The position numbers and the translations under genes are program-made. DNA of 62,953 bases, counting the filler, from Chiloscyllium plagiosum (Eukaryota): assembly GCF_004010195.1 (NCBI RefSeq). It is 4 parts of one record of this genome, joined end to end, with 100 filler letters (N's around TTAATTAATTAA, not from the genome) between each part and the next. Parts side by side here need not be neighbours in the genome. Positions count along the whole stretch, not along the records: positions 10,297 to 42,022 come from NC_057715.1; positions 42,123 to 58,496 come from NC_057715.1; 2 more parts are not named here. One strand, given 5' to 3'. Under the pieces are notes generated by a model. It had not been told where the DNA came from and ran no database searches. It saw nothing but the letters and a program-made list of their open reading frames with translations. Below, piece after piece: positions 38,690 through 50,056 of the stretch. Within the stretch, counting starts at the first letter, position 1. Each line of letters starts with the position of its first letter.

Positions 38690-39040
38690 AGGAAAAATAA
38701 TGAGGGGCATGGATAGGGTAAGTAGACAGCCTTTTCCCTGGGGTGGGGGAGTCCAGAACTAGATGGTATAGGTTTGGGGTGAGAAAGGAAACATTTAAAA
38801 GGGACCAAAGAAGCAACATTTTCATGAAAAGGGTGGTGCGGTGCATGGAGTGAGCTGCCAGAGGAAGTGGTGTAGGCTGGTAAAATTACAATATTTAAAA
38901 GGCATCCAAATGGGTATATGAATAGAAAGGTTTAGAGGGATATAAACCCAATGTTGGCAAATGGGATTTGATTAGTTTAGGGCATCTGGTCGGCATGGAC
39001 TGAAGGGTCTGTTTCTGTGCTGTACATGCCTATGTCTCTA
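38690..39040 (+). mobile_element. CR1 LINE 3' fragment
   Basis: GAGCTGCCAGAGGAAGTGG...GGACTGAAGGGTCTGTTTC shared with other copies. Confidence 0.85.
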
Positions 39041-39199
39041 CAGCACATTCACCCACCCATTATGTTCATTGAAATCTAAGTACCACTTATGGGACATGTA
39101 TGATGCTATATTCTCATATGTGAGAAATATTCAGGAATGAAAGCTAAATGATAATCTAGCTGTAGATTTCAAATTTTATTGGAAAGAAACAGAAAGATA

Positions 39200-41800
39200 A
39201 AAGAAATGTTTCTGTGGCCAGCAGTGAAAAATCGGAATGGTGTGTTGCTTCCCTGGTGCCAGGATCAAGGATGTCTCAGAGAGAGTGCAAAACGTTCTCA
39301 CAGGGGAGAGGGTCCAGCAAGAGGTCATTGTCCACATTGGAACCAACGATATAGGAAGGGAAAAGATTAAGATTCTGAAGGGAGATTACAGAGAGCCAGG
39401 CAGGAATTTAAAAAGGAGGTCCTTGAGAGTATTAATATCTGGATTACTCCAGGTGCAACAAGCGAGTGAGGAAGGAATAGGAGGATAGAGCAGATGAATG
39501 CATGGCTGAGGAGCTGGTGTATGGGAAAAGGATTCACATTTTTGGATCATTGGAGGCTGTTTTGGGGTAGAAGTGACCTGTACAAGAAGGATGGATTGCA
39601 TCTAAATTGAAAGGGGACTAATATCCTGGCAGGGAAATTTGCTAGAGCTGCTCAGGAGGATTTAAACTAGTAAGTGTGGGTGGGGGGGTGGATGGTGGTG
39701 GTGGTGGGACCCAGGGAGATAGTGAAGAAAGAAGTCAATCTGAGAATGGTACAGTTGAGAACAGAAGCGAGTCAAACAGTCAAAGCAGGTAGGGACAAGG
39801 TAGGACTAATGAATTAAACTGTGTTTATTTCAATACAAGGGGCCTAACAGGGAAGGCAGATGAACTCAGGGCATGGTTAGGAACATGGGACTGGGATATC
39901 ATAGTAATTACAGAAACATGGCTCAGGGATGGGCGGACTGACAGCTTAATGTTCCAGGATACAAATGCCACAGGAAGGATAGAAAGGGAGGCGAGAGAGG
40001 AGGTGGAGTGGCATTTTTAATAAGGGATAGCATTACAGTTGTACTGAGGGAGATATTCCTGGAAATACATCCAGGGAAGGTATTTGGATGGAACTGAGAA
40101 ATAAGAAAGGGATGATCACCGTATTGGGATTGTATTATAGACTTCCTAATAGTCAGAGGGAAATTGAGAAACAAATTGGTAAGGAAATTTCAGTTATCTG
40201 TAAGAATAATAGGGTGGTTATGATTAGATTAGATTCACAACAGTGTGGAAACAGGCCCTTCGGCCCAACAAGTCCATACTGACCCTCCGAAGAGTGACCC
40301 ACCCAGGCCCATTCCCCCCTGAATGATGCACCTAACACTACGGGCAATTTAGCAAGACCAATTCACCTAACCTGCACATCTTTGGACTGTGGGAGGAAAC
40401 CCACACAGACACGGGTAGAATGTGCAAACTCCACACAGATGCTTGCCCAAGGCAGGATTTGAACCCAGGTCTCTCGCGCTGTGAGGCAGCAGTGCTAACC
40501 ACTGAGCCAACGTATCACCCCTATGGTAGGGGATTTTAACTTGCCAAACATAGGCTGGGACTGCCATAGTGTTAAGGGTTTAGATGGAGAGGAATTTGGT
40601 AAGTGTGTACAAGAAAATTTTCTGGTTGAATATGTGGATTTACCTACTAGAGAAGGTGCAAAACTTGATCTACTTTTGGGAAATAAGAAAGGGCAGGTGA
40701 CTGAGGTGTCAGTGGGGGGGCACTTTGGGGCCAGCGACCATAATTCTATTAGAATTAAAATAGTGATGGAAAAGGATAGACCAGATCTAAACATTGAAGT
40801 TCTAAATTGAAGAAAGGCCAATTTTGACAGTATTAGGCAAAACCTTTTGAACGCTGATTGGGGCAGATGTTCGCAGGTAAAGAGACGATTGGAAAATGGG
40901 AAGCCTTCAGAAATGAGATAACGAGAATCCAGAGAAAGTATATTCCTGTTAGGGTGAAAGGAAAGGCTGGTAGGTATAGGGAATGCTGGATGACTAAAGA
41001 AATTGAAGGTTTAGTTAAGAAAAAGAAGGAAGCATATGTAAGGTATAGACAGGAGAGATTGAGTGAATCCTTAGAAGAATATAAAGGCACTAGGAGTATA
41101 CTTAAGAGGGAATTCAGGAAGGCAAAAAGAGGACATGAAATAGCTTTGGCAAATAGAATTAAGGAGAATCCAAAAGGTTTTTACAAATACATTAAGGACA
41201 AAAAGGTAACTAGGGAGAGAATAGGGCCACTTAAAGTTCAGCAAGGCAGTCTTTTTGGGGAGCCGCAGAAAATGGAGGAGATACACATGAGTATTTTGCA
41301 TCAGTATTTACAGTGAAAAAGGATATGGAAGATATAGACTGTAGGGAAATAGATAGTGACACCTTGAAAAATGTCCATATTACAGAGGAGGAGGATCTGG
41401 ATGTCTTGAAACACGTAAAGGTGGATAAATCCCCAGGACCTGAAAAGGTGTACCCTTGAACTCTGTGGGAAGCTGGAGAATTGATTGCTGGGCCTCTTGC
41501 TGAGATATTTGTATTATCGATAGTCACAGGCGAGGTGCTGGAAGACTGGAGGTTGGCAAACGTGGTGCCACTGCTTAAGAAGGAGGGTAAGGACAAGCCA
41601 GGGAACTATAGATCAAAGAGCCCAACGTCGGTGGTGGGCAAGTTGTTGGAGGGAATCCTGAGGGACAGGATGTACATGTATTTGGAAAGGTAAGGACTGA
41701 TTAGGGATAGTCAACATGGCCTTTTTGCGTGGGAAATCATGTCTCACAAACTTGATTGAGTTTTTTTGAAGAAATAACAAAGAGGATTGATGAGGGCAGA
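39200..41800 (+). mobile_element. Long CR1 LINE: ORF1 esterase end, ORF2 APE and start of RT (disrupted)
   Basis: VCCFPGARIKDV...VHIGTNDIG (SGNH esterase); VGDFNLP...LDLLLGN...SDHN (APE); DWRLANVVPL..K...PGNYR (RT). Confidence 0.92.
40223..40521 (-). mobile_element. HE1-type V-SINE inside CR1 APE
   Basis: Splits NRVVM|VGDFN; tail GATTAGATTAGATT. Confidence 0.9.
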
Positions 41801-41892
41801 GCAGTAAGACATAGAAGTGGAAGTAAGGCTATTCGGCCCATCGAGTCCACTCCGCCATTCAATTATGGCTGATGGGCATTTAACTCCACTTA

Positions 41893-42022
41893 GGTAAAAA
41901 CAATGACTGCAGATGCTGGAAACCAGATTCTGGATCAGTGGTGCTGGAAGAGCACAGCAATTCAGGCAGCATCCGAGGACAGGCAAAATCGACGTTTCGG
42001 GCAAAAGCCCTTCATCAGGAAT
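41893..42022 (-). mobile_element. PLE terminus with intact hammerhead core, next to a young CR1 3' end (41805-41892)
   Basis: Minus strand ATTC-CTGATGA-A-GGGC TTTT GCCC-GAAA-C-GTC-GAT at 41988-42022. Confidence 0.85.
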
Positions 42023-42122
42023 NNNNNNNNNNNNNNNNNNNNNNNNNNNNNNNNNNNNNNNNNNNNTTAATTAATTAANNNNNNNNNNNNNNNNNNNNNN
42101 NNNNNNNNNNNNNNNNNNNNNN
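42023..42122. other. Assembly join
   Basis: 44 N + TTAATTAATTAA + 44 N. Confidence 0.98.
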
Positions 42123-42177
42123 ACGTCAGTTGTCCGTTGTTTCTATTTTTCTCTCTTTCCGTCACTTCTCCGTCTTC

Positions 42178-42195
42178 ATCACGTCGGGGTCACCA
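42178..42195 (-). promoter_or_regulatory. Primer-binding site, tRNA-Trp
   Basis: Minus strand TGGTGACCCCGACGTGAT, the canonical 18-nt Trp PBS, 3 nt after an LTR-ending CA. Confidence 0.9.
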
Positions 42196-42198
42196 AAT

Positions 42199-42776
42199 TG
42201 TTGGACTTTGGCTCAATCTACAAACTTACTTTCTTCTATGTGTGAGCCAAGTCCTGCGTGTTCTTTTAAATGAAGCAATAGGAGAAGATATTCGGTCTCA
42301 CACTCTTAATTTATTTTACACAGTAAGTGAACAAAGCATTCAGAGCTCTGGGTCTAAACCCCTTTGTCCCTGACAAACTATAAAAGTATGCCAGTTCAAA
42401 AAGGAAAGACCTCGTTTTGTCCCTGCCCCAGTCTTTTATACAATAAAAAACGTCATATAAACACTGAGGTAGAATTATCTTCTGATTGGGTGTTAGTCTG
42501 ATTCCATTCCCCGCCTTCTTGCATTCCTAGCTGTCCGACCCCACGTGACCTTCTTTTGACCGCAAAATGGGGCATCACGTGGCCTCCTCGACCCACTTCC
42601 GAGGCACGAAACGGGACGTCACGTGATCGCCCGCCCTCTTCCGGGGCGCGAAACGGGACGTCACGTGATCGCCCGCGCTCTTCCGGGGCGCGAAACGGGA
42701 CGCCATGTGGCTGCTCCGCACTCTTCCGAGTGCAAGCAGGGGACGTCACGTGGCCACGCCCCCTGCTTGGGTTACA
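42199..42776 (-). mobile_element. Young 5' LTR (578 bp) of an LTR retroelement; internal region lost in the gap
   Basis: TGTAAC...CCAACA ends; TATAAAA at 42434-42440 and AATAAA at 42310-42315 on the minus strand; CpG-rich U3; adjacent PBS. Confidence 0.85.
42560..42760. repeat. 42-bp tandem module in LTR U3
   Basis: GAAACGGGACG recurs at 42608, 42650 and 42692; diverged units on both sides. Confidence 0.85.
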
Positions 42777-42860
42777 GAGTCACCACAGGGTTTTGAGTGC
42801 TGAATCCATCCAGAGTCACAGCCAGCCTTCTGTTTTTAAAGTAAGGAATATATTTACACA

Positions 42861-43020
42861 GTCAAGATTAGAGTGGAGCAGAAAGCCCTTTCCTGATGAA
42901 GGGCTTTTACCTGAAACATCTATTTTTTTGCTCCTCGCATGCCTGCCTGACCTGCTGTGTGTTTCCAGCACTGCTCTAGTCTTGACTCTAATCTCCAGCA
43001 TCGGCAGTACCCACCTCCAC
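42861..43020 (+). mobile_element. Diverged PLE terminus with decayed hammerhead
   Basis: CTGATGA(42893-42899)AGGGCTTTTACCTGAAACATC; ACACAGT on both sides. Confidence 0.75.
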
Positions 43021-43504
43021 ACAGTTCCAGACATGTCTGGTTTCAATTGGAAGTTGAATACCCAAGGCTTAGCTGCATGCATACTATCTGTTCAAGCCCT
43101 GCAGTTTAATAGCAGAGTCTGGCTAGGTTTAAATTTGGCTTCCACATTGCAAGGTTTTTGTCTATATGTCCATTTTCTTGTAACAATCCTGAGGGTTATG
43201 GGTTACCTGATCACACTCCCTCCTGCTAATTTAGTGAGCATCTAACAGCTTGGATCACAACATTATCCAAGCTTTTGCATGGAAATCGACCAGTTTACAA
43301 GCAAAGCATCCAAATACCTAACACTAACCTCCACTCTTTTACAATGATACTGTGAATAAAATGGCAAAGAAAAAAAAAACATTCATTTGTCAGAATGTGT
43401 GGTAAGGTAGAATCTGTACAGCAGTGGTGATCAAATTACTGACAAGTGCCCAGGAAATTCTGCATGATACATTACTGTACCTGATGTTGGCAGAACACTG
43501 CTTT

Positions 43505-45420
43505 CTACTTGTGTGTGCTCAGCATCATTTCTACATTCAGAATCTTCAAAACCTTAACTGCTGGGATGATTATATATATTAAAGCAAATTGAATGAGAAA
43601 AGCAGTGAGGTACGATCGGAGGCAAACCAGAGGGTGAATGTATACATTGGTTTCACAATTCCAAAAGTCTTCCCACCAATTGTTGACTTCAACTTCTTTA
43701 ATATTCTCTTGTACTTGCTCTGTCTGTTGCACTACAGTAGCAAAGATTTTGTTTGCCAATTGTATCCAGACCTTTCAAAATCTTTCTGGATTGGAGTGCA
43801 ACACCAGCGATCTATTTTTCCAAATTCTCTCCTAAAGTCTGTCAGAGTTCATCATTGATAGTAACAAAGGTTTGACTTCTATGTATTTTTGAGTTCAGTT
43901 AGACCTATCCTGGCTGTTACATGGGGCCTAATGCAGAATGTGGTATTGTGGATGTCACAAGTAAAGATTCTGTATTGATAATGTTTTAGGGATGTTGTGA
44001 TGCAGTTAACAGCTATTTGCAATATTGGAGTGTCTCTTCCCACAGAATTAGTGCTGTAGTTGCGTGTCACTGATCCAAGATAGAACCTGTCCCTAAATAG
44101 TTTGATCAAAGTTCTCCCCCAACTATTCCATTGCATAGCATTTATGGGCAGTGGATAATGTTCAATTCTGTTGCCTGATGTTGTGATCTATTTTTCTTTG
44201 GATGATCTCATTTATTGAGTGGATGTGCCCTTCTAGTACCATGTACCAAGTGTTGGCTAGCCTGACTCTCCTCTCATTTCCTTTTGGTATCTTGCCAACT
44301 GTTTTGATTTTGTCCAAGGACTTTTTGTTCAGTTTAAAATCCTGAGCTTATTATCAAACTTAACCAAATCAAGGGTATTGACTATGAGCTGTCCTGCTCC
44401 ATAAGATGTTTATAAATGATTAATTATGTTTCTTTTGCTGTGTCCTGCTGGCATAGGCCTTGCCCATATCAATTCCTGTTCTTTTGTCCCAATAACGATC
44501 CATACTAAATGTAAGTACAGCTCATGTGCAATGTGACATGTACAAATTCATGGTGTTAGTCATACAAAAGTTTGCTTTTATGTGATCCATTTTTATGCTT
44601 CTGGGGTAGTTCTTGGCCAAGCGTAAAGAAGTGCGCTTATGGCTGATTTTGGTCTGATCCTTGTTTCATATACAAAGGATATACTGTCTATGGTTCCTGG
44701 GACACCTTTTGACCTGACTGCAATCCTTTTTCTGGATCCATTGCCAAACATCTCATGCAACCACTGGTGGAGAATCCCCATCAATTACCTGTGGGTTCAA
44801 TAATTGTACAACAATACCCTGAACTCTTATTTACTCTCCTAGACACTGCTCACTGACTGTGTCACATCGATACTTCATAGTGTTGTCCGGATGGACCTAC
44901 AGAATACCATCATGGCACACAGCCGCTGTGTCAGGAAAGACCCACACGTAGACCAGGTAATTCTTTTCTGGTTCGACTGGTCACCTGAAAATGATTTGAA
45001 GAATAACCAGAAGGGTTGTCTACAGCATGCCACTCAAATCCTGAAGGTAGCATCTATTACTATCTTTCTTTATACCAATGGATTACCATGATACAGCATT
45101 CCCATTCATGGAGATATACTGATATACAGTTGACCCATACTACTTGATCTAATATTTTGCCCCACTAATTTAATTATGTTCTTCAAGAATTGGTTCCTCC
45201 CAAAACCCCTTTCTATTAAATAATCACTAATTCTGATCAGGTACTAATTTCTCCTGACCAATCCTTCAAGGATTTAACCCAGATGTTGGGGTTGGACTAG
45301 GTTGGTGTGTGGACAAGTGTTTTTTTGAGGAAAAATGGTGTTAAATCCATAGGCACCAGAATGGTGAGAATGATGAAAAGTGTCTGAGATTTTTAAAATT
45401 CACTGAATCCCACAGACATG
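43505..45420 (-). pseudogene. env: Decayed envelope glycoprotein gene of a retrovirus-like element
   Basis: Hydrophobic start TLFIILTILVP (~45350-45390); basic site HSKR (44431-44442) followed by NIINHL*TSYGAGQLIVNTLDLVKFDNKL; Cys-containing segment (ORF 43879..44136); heptad-like QQTEQVQENIKEV, NWWEDFW and TM-like LTAFLIQFALIYIIIPAV (ORF 43505..43759). Possible PPT AGGAGGGAG (43216-43224) then TG. Confidence 0.7.
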
Positions 45421-46039
45421 GGACTGTTTATAACCTCTCAACACAGTCTGCAGAGGTTTACAGACTTCATAAGCGTTCATAGTTATGATGGTGGCCAATT
45501 ATACTGTACCATGATGTGGCTTGCTGATAATCGATACCGATCACACTTGGGTAATATGGTGGCAGGCTGTGAGAGCAGGTGCACATGTATTTCAGTACCA
45601 TGATAGTGTCAGTGGCTAGATTGAGCTCACTGTGCCCATATGTATGTTGAGGGAGGCCCCCGGTCTAAGTGGGAGGACTCTTGACTTGTTTCTTCACAAT
45701 TTCTTGGCTGGAGTGCTGCAGTGAGTGCCTCAGTAAAGAGACTGTGTTTCTTTTACTGCCTCTGGGCTAGAGCACTGCGCTGGATGCTTCCTCTGGTAGA
45801 CTACATTCATCCACTTTCATGTCAGGGCTGTTGCCTGAGACGTTACTCACATGGCTGGGGCCAGCTGTGAGTTAGGTCCTGAGGTCTATCCCTCAAAGAA
45901 CAGTGTTCAGGGTCAGGTCTGGATCAGTGATTGGGACTTGCCTGGGATCAGGATCAGAGACTTGCATTGGATTAGCAGGCACCACAAGAGTAGGATCGGG
46001 ATATTCTTCCAATCCCTTAAAACAGATGGAACTGGTTGC

Positions 46040-46420
46040 TATTGCTTTGGATTTTGTATGCTGTTAATTGGTTCACATGATACCATCCAGTCTTCCCAGG
46101 GTCCAGTAAAATGTAATACACTGGGCTTGCCTTGTCCACAACAGAATGGAGATCTGGATACCTGAGGGGCAGGAATGTTGCTGGCTGAATACTTTGTATT
46201 CCACTGGGTTCACTTTCCCATTAAATAGTTGCTCCTTTGTGTGCAGCCTATACCTTGTTGAGTAGGGTTTTAGTTTTCTTGTGGCTAATGGCTTTGACCT
46301 TCAGCTCTAACAAGTCTGGTCCTGGTGAAGGTTCTGTACCTGTGTTAAGAAGATGTGGGTGTACTATACCTTTGAGAGTAAAAGTTAGCAATGACAGCAC
46401 TGAGTGTTCTCAATAAAACT
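46040..46420 (-). pseudogene. pol: Integrase C-terminal remnant
   Basis: Hand translation FLPLRYPD/HSVVDKASPVYYILLDPGKTGWYHVNQLTAY (GPY/F-type tail). Confidence 0.75.
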
Positions 46421-46423
46421 CAA

Positions 46424-47040
46424 TGTAATGTACTCCAGCTACTGGGGTAGCTGTTTGCTTGAAAACAACAAAAAACAGATTCGAATTAGGCCAATCAGTT
46501 TAAATTAGACCCTGAAAACTACCAAATTCCAATCAAGTTTGAATTGAGTATATCAACAATCTTAAAAGCCAATGACACAATCCGGTGCTTTGCTTTGGGG
46601 TATAAGACCGGGGAAATTGATCATTTAGGCGACCTGCCACCAGACCAACAGCTGTTGACTGCTGGTCAGAACTCCAAGAGATATTTGTCTAGTGAAGGAG
46701 TTTGCACAGAGAAAAACCTCAACATTGACCTAACAAATCTACCAACTAAGATAGAGAAGATTTGGCTGCTGTCTGGTTTTAAAATTTGAATCTTCTGTAA
46801 TACTTAATTGGGAGTTTTATTGGACTAGTATTATAGAAGGGAAGGTAAAAGATAGGTTAGAGGAAGGAATTGTAAACAGTCACTAGTTAATTATTCTGTT
46901 ATACTTTGAGAAATAAAGTTGCTAGTTTTTACTTTAAATAGTCCTTGGCGACTCAAATTTTACAGATTACTGCATGGGATAAATCTTTTCTCTGTTGCTG
47001 GTTTTAAATTAAGCAGGAAGGTTTACTCCTTGTCGTAAAA
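46424..47040 (+). mobile_element. Probable solo LTR inserted into the integrase remnant
   Basis: Starts TGTAATG; three CCAAT boxes, TATAAG at 46601, AATAAA at ~46912; 3' end and TSD not clean. Confidence 0.55.
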
Positions 47041-47319
47041 ACTTCTCATGGGTCCAATCATTAAGTCATAAGTTAGAGACATTAGGGACATTTAAGCGAC
47101 TGTGGGACAAGCACATGGATGGCAGTAAATTGGTTGTGTAGGTTAGATTGATCTTAGATTAATGTAAATGTTCAGCACAACATAGTGGGCTGAAGGGCTG
47201 TACTGTTCTATCTTTCTAAGTTCTATTATTAGTGAATAGAAAATTGAAACATATGTTCAGCTGGAAGGGTGGGTTCCATTAGGATTGTGAGGAGAAAGGT
47301 CAAGACTATGTTCTAGGTT

Positions 47320-49169
47320 GAGTTATAGTCATAGAGAGGTACAGCATGGCAACAGACCTTTCTATCCAACTCATTCATGCTGACCAGATATCCTAACCTA
47401 ATATAGTTCCATTTGACAGCATTTGGCCCATATCCTGCTAAACCTCTACATCTACCCATCCAAATGACTTTTTAAATGTTGTAATTGTACCAGCCTCCTC
47501 CACTTCCTCTGGCAGCTCATTCCATAAATGCACCACCCTCTGCATGAAAAAGTTCCCCCTTTGCTCCATTTTAATCTTTCCCCTCTCACCCTAAACGTAT
47601 GCCCTCTAGTTCTGGACTCCTCCCACCCCAACCTTGTCAATTTACTCTGACTATGCCCCTCACGGTTGTAAAAACCTCCTATAAGGTCAGCACTCAATCT
47701 CTGTTCCAGGGAAAACAGCACCATCCTATTCAGCCTTGCCCTGTAGCTCAAACACTCCAACCTGGCAACAACCTTGTAAATCTTTTCTGAACACTTTCAA
47801 GTTTCAACCACATCGTTCCTATAGCAGGGGGAATTAGAATTGCATACAATATTCCAAAAATGGCCGAAGCAATGTCCTGTACAGCGCCAACATGACGTCC
47901 CAATTCCTGTACTCCATGCTCTCACCAATAAAGAAAAGCATATCAAACACCTGGGCGGCACGGTGGCACAGTGGTTAGCACTGCTGCCTCACAGCGCCAG
48001 AGACCCGGGTTCAATTCCCGCCTCAGGCGACTGACTGTCTGGAGTTTGCACATTCTCCCCGTGTCTGCGTGGGTTTCCTCTGGGTACTCCGGTTTCCTCC
48101 CACAGTCCAAAAATGTGCAGGTCAGGTGAATTGGCCGTGCTAAATTACCCGTAGTGTTAGGTGCAGGGGTAAATGTAGGGGAATGGGTCTGGGTGGGTTG
48201 CACTTCGGCGGGTCGGTGTGGACTTGTTGGGCCGAAGGGCCTGTTTCCACACTGTAAAGTAATCTAATCTAATCTAAAACCACTTTCATCATTTTATCTA
48301 CCTGCGACTCCACTTTCAAGAAATTGTGAACCTGTACTCCAAGGTCTCTTTGTTCGCAACACTCCCCAGGACCTTGCCATTAAGTGTATAAGTCTTGCTA
48401 AGATTTGCTTTTCCAAAATGCAGCACCTTCCAATTACCTAAATTAAACTCCATCTGCCACTCCTCAACCCATTGGCCCATCTCATCAAGATCCCGTTGTA
48501 CTCAGACGTAACTTTTGCTGTCCACTACACCTCCAATTTGGTGTCATCTGCAAAATTACTAACACTTCCTCCTATATTCACATTCAAATCATTTATATAA
48601 ATGATAAAATACAGTGGTCCCAGCACACCACTGGTCACGGGCCTCCAGTCTGAAAAGCAACCGTCCACCACCACCCTCTGTTTTCCACCTTTGAGCCAGT
48701 TCTGTATCCAAATAGTTAGTTCTCCCTATATTCCATGAGATCCAACTTGCTAACCAGTCTACCATGAGGAACCTTTTTATCGAATGTCTTACTGAAGTCC
48801 ACATAGATCATGTCCATAGCTCTGCCTCATTAATCCTCTTATTCACTTCTTCAAAGAACTTGATTAAGTTAGTGAGACATGGTTTCCCATGTACAAAGCC
48901 ATGTTTACTATCCCTAATCAGTTCTTGCCTTTCCAAATATGTAAAAACTGTCCTTTAGGATTACCTCCGATAACTTGCCCACCATTGATATCAGGCTCAC
49001 CAGTCTATAGTTCCCTGACGTTTCCTTAACATTTTTCTTTACTGACACTGTGTTAGTCAAACTCGTCATCTTCACCTCACCTGTGATTATCAATGATCCA
49101 AATATCTCCGCAATGGACTCGTCAATCACTTCGCTAGCTTCACACAGAATTCTAGGGTACACCTGATCA
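47320..49169 (-). mobile_element. CR1 LINE (RT to 3' end)
   Basis: SGNYRLVSLISMVGKL; CR1 3' UTR and tail at ~47320-47400. A short plus-strand CR1 3' end lies at 47080-47225. Confidence 0.9.
47953..48276 (+). mobile_element. Full-length young HE1-type V-SINE
   Basis: GGGCGGCACGGTGGCACAGTGG (A box), GGTTCAATTCC (B box), V-core, (AATCT)3 tail. Confidence 0.95.
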
Positions 49170-50040
49170 TTATTTTGCTGGATGACCTTTCTCAATCCCC
49201 TTTGAGGATGTAGTTTATTCACTCTCCATCCCGCTGGATTGAGGATGTTAGTCAATGTGAAACCTTTTACCTGATATCAAATTCATCACCACTTGTGTTA
49301 CTTGGGCTGTGAAGTGGGCACCTGATCATCGTGAGATTGATAAATTAGCTGGTTTTAGTCTTGGATTGGTACTGTGTAACATGCATCTTTAAGGACAAGC
49401 CTATCTTTTGTAGTCAACGTGTCTTTCCATTTATTATAGGTGGTGGAGTGTGTTCCTTCCTGTATTACTTCAAATCGTTGTTGCTGCTCTGAGTCTTTAT
49501 AAGATCCTCAGCTGCAGTTTGGGTCACAGAGACAAGGGATTCCAGGACAAGGGTTGTCATGATTCTCCCACATGAGCACCCTGCTTGGCCAATTCATTTT
49601 TCTTTTCATATTCTCAAATGGAGGAAGTTCCATGATGGACCCTAACTTTAATAACACCCACCTTCTCCGCTTGGGCAGCCTGGAAATACATTTCAGCAAG
49701 GGTGTAAGTGGAACAGGTTTTCCATCTATGTCACAAATCCTCTAGCTTCCCAAAGGGGCAGGAAGCCAGTTACACTGGTGCAGACATATATGCTGTGAGA
49801 GTACCTGTCAGCCCTTGGGAAGATCTTGTCAGGGTGGGCTGAAAATATAGTCTATGGCTGCTAGTTCAACAGCTTGAGAGTGCCTTTTTATGTGAGAGTT
49901 CTGGTGCTAATTACCCTAGCAATTTGCTTCTATGGTTCTCCATACATATGCCACATTGTGTCTTTATGTCCATCCTCCACCTTAGAGGATCTGTCTCTCT
50001 GCTCCTCAGATTTCCTTGGGTCCCCCCTGTTTTGTTTTGA
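49170..50040 (-). pseudogene. pol: Retrovirus-type RNase H and integrase core remnant
   Basis: SQAVELAAI...YSHSIYVCTSVTGFLPLWEARGFVT/DGKP...VIKVRVHH...ELAKQGA (RNase H), then DQ/AHFTAQV...HPQSSG (integrase core). Confidence 0.8.
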
Positions 50041-50056
50041 CATAAATGGTCCTTTA

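Noticed and set aside
42556..43245. 229-aa ORF with repeated ARNGTSRDRP motifs
   Set aside because: It reads through the GC-rich LTR tandem repeat, a PLE terminus and another remnant; a chance open frame with a non-ATG start.
47953..48030. tRNA gene
   Set aside because: A/B boxes run into a SINE core and LINE-type tail, and several copies occur in the window; it is a SINE head.
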